Positions 58,136 through 64,000 of a DNA stretch of 64,000 nt are shown here, piece after piece. The position numbers and the translations under genes are program-made. The DNA comes from Zygnema circumcarinatum SAG 698-1b (Eukaryota > Plantae > Zygnematophyceae), in the NCBI GenBank assembly GCA_037447605.1, contig CM074804.1, positions 2,046,001 through 2,110,000 of the forward strand, in the 5' to 3' direction. The notes below the pieces were generated by a model. That model ran no database searches, was not told where the DNA came from, and was given only the letters and a program-made list of their open reading frames with translations. Within the stretch, counting starts at the first letter, position 1; every line of letters begins with the position of its first letter.

Positions 58136-59656
58136 CAAAAGAATAATGACGCTATATTGGGATTGATTGGTCTGTAGTTGTTTCTTACGCAGCATGAAGC
58201 AACCGTAGAGTTGCTGAGTTTCATGTCCTTCAGTTGAAAGCACTGTTAGACTAACGTCGTACAGTAGCTAGCCATTGGAAGGTTGAGAAAGTAGAAAGGT
58301 CGATATACAGGTGTGGTTTGAACTTCGTCATGATTGGAAATTGGTGTAGTTCACTCCGTCTGCTAGCATGTATTATATGTTCACCAACTCGATATGTTTG
58401 TGTGCAAAGACAAGTTTTCAATTGTGAAAGTTTTGCATCACATGATTCCAATATTTGCTTGAAATTGTTGCTGCTAAGATGGGCGACCGCGGAATCGCAA
58501 AGCTAGGGTTGTCTGCCTCGTCTTGACCCTTGTTGTTTTACTTCACACAATGGTATTTGCAGCGTGCCGTCGTGTTAATAGTGAGTGCGAAAGTAAGAAA
58601 GCAGTGCTGTTTAGCCACAATACTCGTGAAGGTAGTGTGACAAATCAGAGCGAGATGGAATGGTCTACTATTGACACAATAGAGATAATGATGTGACATT
58701 CATCTCACGATGGTCTTATGATAAAAAGTGGAATGAGAATGAAAAATATCATGCGCACAGACAATATCGTCGTTATCTTCGAATCGACTGTTCCCTCCGC
58801 TTCCTACTGCTGTGCTGCGCTGCGAAACTTGCAGGAGAATCGAATGTGTACCAACAAGAGCGAGCACGAGGCACGAAACAATGGCCATGGCAAGTGCAAA
58901 GGGAAAAGCACGAGCGAGAACAAGCGGAAGAGGCTCAACTTCAACAAATCTTGACTCTTGCAGTGTCATGTAAACACTGGCATTAGGAAGCGGTGCTCTC
59001 CGCAGTGCTAGAACAGTCGACTCGTTGATAACGGCGATGTTGCCTGTGCGCATCACATTTCCATTCCCATGCCACCTATCATAAGACCATCGTGAGATCA
59101 ATGCGACATTATTATCTCTAATGTGTCAATAGTATACCCTTCCATCGACACCTCGCTCTGAATTGTCACTGTAGCTAAACAACACTTCTTTGTTCTTTTC
59201 GCACTCACTATCACGCGATAGCATGCTACAAATATCAGTGTGTGAGAATAAAATAACTCAAGCTTAGGACGAGGCACACAACCCTAGCTTTGCGATTCCG
59301 CAATTACATCTTGATCATCATCATTTATGTTGGAGTTATGTGATGCAAAACCTCTCTCAATTGAAAACTTGTAGTTGCACACATACATAGCGAGTTAGCG
59401 AAACATATAACATATGCCAGCATACGTTAAAGTTATCTCCAACAGTTTCCAATCATGACAGTTCAAATCACATTTGTACATCGAACTTCTTTGTACTTTT
59501 CTCAAACTTCCAATGGCTAGCTCTTATTGTAAGACGTTAGCCTAATAGTGCTTTCAACTGAAGGACATGAAACACATCAACTCTACGATTGTTTCATGCT
59601 GCGTAAAAAACAACTACAGACCAGTCAATCCCAATTTAGCCTCATTTATTCTTTTG
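58136..59656. repeat. 1.5-kb imperfect inverted repeat (arms ~58136-58809 and ~58981-59656, ~170-nt loop)
   Basis: Colinear reverse-complement matches along both arms, roughly 75-85% by eye, with indels (e.g. TTTCATGTCCTTCAGTTGAAAGCAC vs GTGCTTTCAACTGAAGGACATGAAA). The ORF track independently shows near-identical MLSTEGHET...FMLRKKQLQT peptides on opposite strands. Confidence 0.92.
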
Positions 59657-60051
59657 CGACTGAAGTCAGACGAGCCGAAAGCAGCCATGACATGAATTCA
59701 CACTGCCATCGAAATCATTCACGACAGGTGCTATGAACTCTGCAACTCAAGCCCAAAAGAGTGGACTAGTCCACGACCTAGAACACACAAAAAGGACCAT
59801 CGGCAAAATTCTCAACCAAACAAATATGACCCTTCATGAACCGCCTCCTCAAGGTGAACACACAACAACACAAACTCGAAACAATTCTCCCAAGCCGCCG
59901 CAGACGAACTCTCAATCAGACGGGAGCGTAAAGAGGAGCAACGAAGGGGTTTGTGATAAAACACGTTGAGAGAAAACCGCCACCCTTCCAGCATACTCCT
60001 TGATCCCCCCCCGCCCTCTGCTCTGCTTACGGCTTTGCCTTATCCGCTACC

Positions 60052-61111
60052 TTACGAGGCTGCCTTAGCTGCTGATTTCTCCTTCGACTTCTGAATCTTC
60101 AACACTTTCTTTACGATCTTCTGCTCCTCCACCAAGAATGCGCGCACAATGCTGCACCAACCAATTTATCCCAGCCCAACTCAGCTCCACTATTTGCTAC
60201 GCACAACAGTGAAAGCTCAGCCAGTCCTTTCGTGAGAAATGGACGATATGCAGAGCATGCCATTCCATAATTCATTTGGTATAAGTATAATATGGGAAGG
60301 CGCACGAGAAGGGAGCAGAGCAGCATGTCGCGTAACACCGCCAAATGCCTCGGTGCAGGTCTTTATACCATCTAAGGATCGTTCTCCTTGAACCATAATT
60401 CGCCCGCTAAACCTACAACCCAACTTAGGTTCGCTCAGTTACGTTCTCAAGAGAGTTAATGCAACTTACCGCTCTCGCACGGCTCCAGCAGACATGCTCC
60501 CTCCATAAGCACGATTCACTGTCTTCTGACGCCTCGACATGAGCTTCCGACTGTACTTGGCGGGCCGCAAGTGGGGAATCTGTCCGCCACAAAAAGAAAA
60601 AGGGGCCACGAATGAGCTTTCCAATGATTGTTTAAGGATTCAGTAATCTGTAGGGAGGAGAGTAAGAAAGGAACGAAACACTCCCTAATTTCTCCATTTG
60701 CCGAAGTTTCCACCACTGGCATATGCAAACAAAACCAGGCCACAGCCCAGATGAGGGCTCAAATTATGAAGAAGAAACGCACTCCCGGGAGGCGCACGCC
60801 TGTCTGCGAACAGCGAGGTCCCTTCGCCCGCTTAGCCGTGTACTGAAGGGTCAACTTGCCACCTGCATAGCCACGCGCAACCGATTATTGCTTCTCACAC
60901 CCGTCATGGCGGAAAAAAGCCTCCGTTCCTGCCTCACGTATTCACAGTCTCCGCTGAACGAGAGTGAAGCTCTTACCAACCCTAACCCTGCGAGCCAGGA
61001 AAGAGGGAGAGCAGGAGGAGAGCAGCACTCACCGGGCGTCTTGATGGCCCGCGTCTGGTTGGAGCGCGTGGCATAGCAGTGGCGCCGGCGGTACGTGAGG
61101 CGCTGCGCCAT
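60052..61111 (-). CDS. RPL34: 60S ribosomal protein eL34, 122 aa
   Basis: Exons 61111-61033, 60862-60783, 60579-60470, 60151-60052: [30 protein letters not shown]...IPHLRPAKY...[10 protein letters not shown]...[22 protein letters not shown]. Confidence 0.97.
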
Positions 61112-61428
61112 GGCTGCTGCTGCTGCTGCAGGCCGGCCCGCGCACGCACAGGAGGGAGGGAGCGAAAGAGACCCTCCTGCAGGCCGCCGCGCCCTCTATG
61201 CGCCGCCGTCCCGCCCAACGTCGCATATCCGCCGTCCGATCACCATCCGACGGCTCTTGAGCCGCCGTTTCATAGAACGGCGCCGTTAGGGCTCCCTCTG
61301 CCTTCGCTTCGCCATTGTGAGCAATGGTCGCTTCCTCCCTCGCTCGCAGCCATGGCCATGGCGATGGCAATGGCCGGCCCGGCCGGCGCTGCAGCGAGCG
61401 CGCTCTGCGGCTCCTCGCCGCGGCCGCC

Positions 61429-63960
61429 ATGGCCGCTGCACGGGGGGCTCGCGCTTTTATCACCGCCATGGATGGTGTCTCCCGAGACGAGGCTGCGGAA
61501 GGCGCGTGGAGGGAGAGCAGGGGAAGGGACCGTCCGGCAGGAAGCAGGAAGGTCGCCTTCAAGGCTTGCTTGCATGGCGGTACACACTCATGCCGGGACT
61601 CGTATGCAGTCAGTATGAATCTTCTTCGGGGGTCTGCTACAGTGTTACCAGATATCATTGAGTGTGTAATTTTTTGGCTTGGGATTCGTTCGCCTTCCCT
61701 GCGTTTACTCAGCGTATGGTACTCCTGATTGATCAAGTACAGGGCGTGGCTGGTCCTGTAGGTGAACCACTGGGCAGAGGAGCTCACTTCTACAGCATTT
61801 TGCTTTGAATGCTGCAGGAGTCCCGTGAATTCGTGAGACGCACTTCTGCTCAAGAAGCTCGCCGCGAACCCAATGTAAATTTCGCTCTCATCACTCTTGT
61901 AACCTGTTGGTTTCTCTTTAAGATGGATATGTCCAACGCAGAGTTTCTAAAGTACCAAAGGTTCGTTCGGTCTCTCTGCAAACTGAGTTGGGCAGCAGTT
62001 CTGAGCGTGCAGAATCGCTTGGCTGATTTGGAGGATGTTGGCAGCATTTCGGAGTTTCGGAAAGTCGCCAGCGGCGAGCCAGAGGTGTTACCGCGGAGTA
62101 CTTTATAACCTTCGTCATAGCTTCATTTGCAAATTCCCAGTTATCTTCCTCGTCAATTTCCCAATTTCTGCATCATAAAAGAACCTGCTTGATCTTTGTC
62201 CTTGAGGTGCACGAGTTGTTCGCATTCGGAAGAAGGGGCTCGGCCACTGCATCTCATGGTGCTTGGGAGGTAGGGGGCGGAATGGGGCAGGTGCCGCAAG
62301 TGCGCAGGGGCTTGGATGTACGTCGTCGGTCTGCTGATACAGACGGTATTGTCCCTTCTCATCCGCAATTTGTTGCACGCATAGCAGAGACTATATTGAT
62401 TTAATTAATCCTCAAAATCGTGTCCGATATTCTTTTGTTTTGGCTTACCTCGAATGTAAGGCGCTTGGGGATTTTATTAGTTGACAAACGTTACAAATGT
62501 GTAGAGCTTCACAACTTCTACAGCTCGAGTTTTAAGGCGTTTCGGTGATTGAGCTGACGTTTGTTTGCAGTTCAAATAGAAAGAAGTTATCAGGCGTTGC
62601 CAAAAGTTTTTGGAGTGGTTGTTTATTGTGGTTTTTTTTTCCTTTCTCTTCCTCTTCTGGGATGTTGCAGATACTGAGACGTTGCCTTACAGGGGCAGAA
62701 GTAGCTCGAATGCAACCAAGCGAGTCGCACCTCCCCGACTGTCATCTCCTTCTGAGGGCTCTTCTCCCAAAAGACGTCCTCCTGCTGACGGTTCTCCCGC
62801 CAATCCTTCCTGGAAAGCTCCTTCCGCAAGGACGTCATCTTCCGGTGGCTCCTCTGTGAGGCTGCCATGGGTGCCGGGGTCTTCCTCCTCCCTGTTGGGT
62901 GTAGCCCAGAGGAGGTTGAAGGCAGACAGCGGAGCAGAAGCGCGAAGTCTTCCAGGAGGGCCTCCACTACCTCCCTGGCTCTCCTCTCCGGAAAGCACGA
63001 CTGATTTCAGTGACGCTGTCACTTCCGCATCCCCGACTAGAGATTTGGAAGGATCTACAGTTCAGTCAGATTCAGATCACCTCCGGGAAACTGGCAGGCG
63101 TCATGCGAATGAATTTGACAATCGATTTCAGCGATTCCCTTCTAAAGCTCGTCCTTCTGGCCCTTCGCAGTTCTCCGGCCCTTCAAAAGATTCGTTCATG
63201 TTGGAGGAACCACGAATAGTGAGTCAGCCTGCCTCACAATCAGATTTGCTTCCGAAAGTGTTTCCTCCTCCTCGTAAGAAGAAGCCTCGTCCTCCTCCCT
63301 TGCCTGAGACGTTGGGTGACGCCGAGGTTGCCCCCATGGACATTCCGTTCGAGTTCAAGTATAGTTACACGGAGGAACCTGATGTGGCTCCTATAGGTTA
63401 TCGTGAACCGCAGTTTTCCCCATTCGGACCAAACACAATGTCTAGGCCTTGGACTGGTGGGCCACCTTTGAAAAAGAGTAAGAAAAATAAACTTCCCCGC
63501 CTCATTCTAGAGTTCGACTCGTTCACCCCCCCTCCCGGACCGAAGAAGGGAGTCAAGCCTGTAGAGGCCCCCGGTCCGTATTTGGAGGGCGTGGGGCCGC
63601 AGTATGTTCGTTCCAGGGAGGAAGTTTTGGGAGATCCGCTGACAGAGGAGGAGAAAGTAGCGTTGATTGAAGACTGCAACAAGGGCAATCGACAAGTCAA
63701 CCTCGGTATGCACAGCGATTTTGAACCCGACATGCAGCACAGGGGAGGTTCGCCAGGTGTCACCAAGCAAATGCACGAGCAGGCAAATGGTTTACTTGAT
63801 TGAAGTGTGCACTGCCCTGAGGATGGCTGCAGGACGAGACGGACTAATCCACAACATGCTGGACCTCATTCACTCTCACTGGAAACGACGCCGAGTGGCG
63901 AAAATTCGCTGCAAGGGTGTTCCCACTGTGGACATGGATAAAGTCTGCCGGGAATTGGAG
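61429..63960 (+). CDS. CAF1: CRM-domain protein, CRS2-associated factor 1 (plastid group II intron splicing); partial, continues beyond the window
   Basis: [12 protein letters not shown]...[15 protein letters not shown]...EFDSF...[14 protein letters not shown]...[14 protein letters not shown]...[48 protein letters not shown]. The 5' exons (start at 61324 or 61429; ~61819-61875, ~62017-62085, ~62207-62347) are tentative. Confidence 0.85.
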
Positions 63961-64000
63961 GTGTGCCTTCGGTCTTGCATGGCCCGCCTCTGTCCGTTGA

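Overview
Eukaryotic nuclear DNA (GC-rich, many GT-AG introns, four N gaps). The gene content points to a non-vascular streptophyte, probably a streptophyte green alga; this is inferred from a plant-type RLCK-IXb kinase, a P1B-2 heavy-metal ATPase and the plastid splicing factor CAF1. 1-7 kb is retrotransposon debris: a gag remnant followed by an N6-adenine-methyltransferase-like ORF, a Ty1/copia integrase, and a ~970-bp LTR family. Nine protein-coding genes were reconstructed by hand from splice sites: ZNF598/HEL2-like E3 ligase, AFG1-like ATPase, an 883-aa kinase-PH-WD40 fusion, COA1-like, NDUFB8, RNA polymerase I largest subunit, a 1299-aa Zn/Cd P1B-ATPase with long Cys/His-rich arms, RPL34 and a partial CAF1. 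Non-coding structure includes a (CCCTAA)n array in a bidirectional promoter, a 2.8-kb telomere-like G-rich minisatellite in an NRPA1 intron, three nested non-autonomous DNA transposons each with an intact 8-bp TSD, a solo LTR, and a 1.5-kb imperfect palindrome starting just after the HMA stop codon. The best novelty candidates are the kinase-PH-WD40 fusion, the HMA architecture together with its downstream hairpin, and the MTase-like retroelement ORF. No database search was possible, so all novelty claims are unverified.
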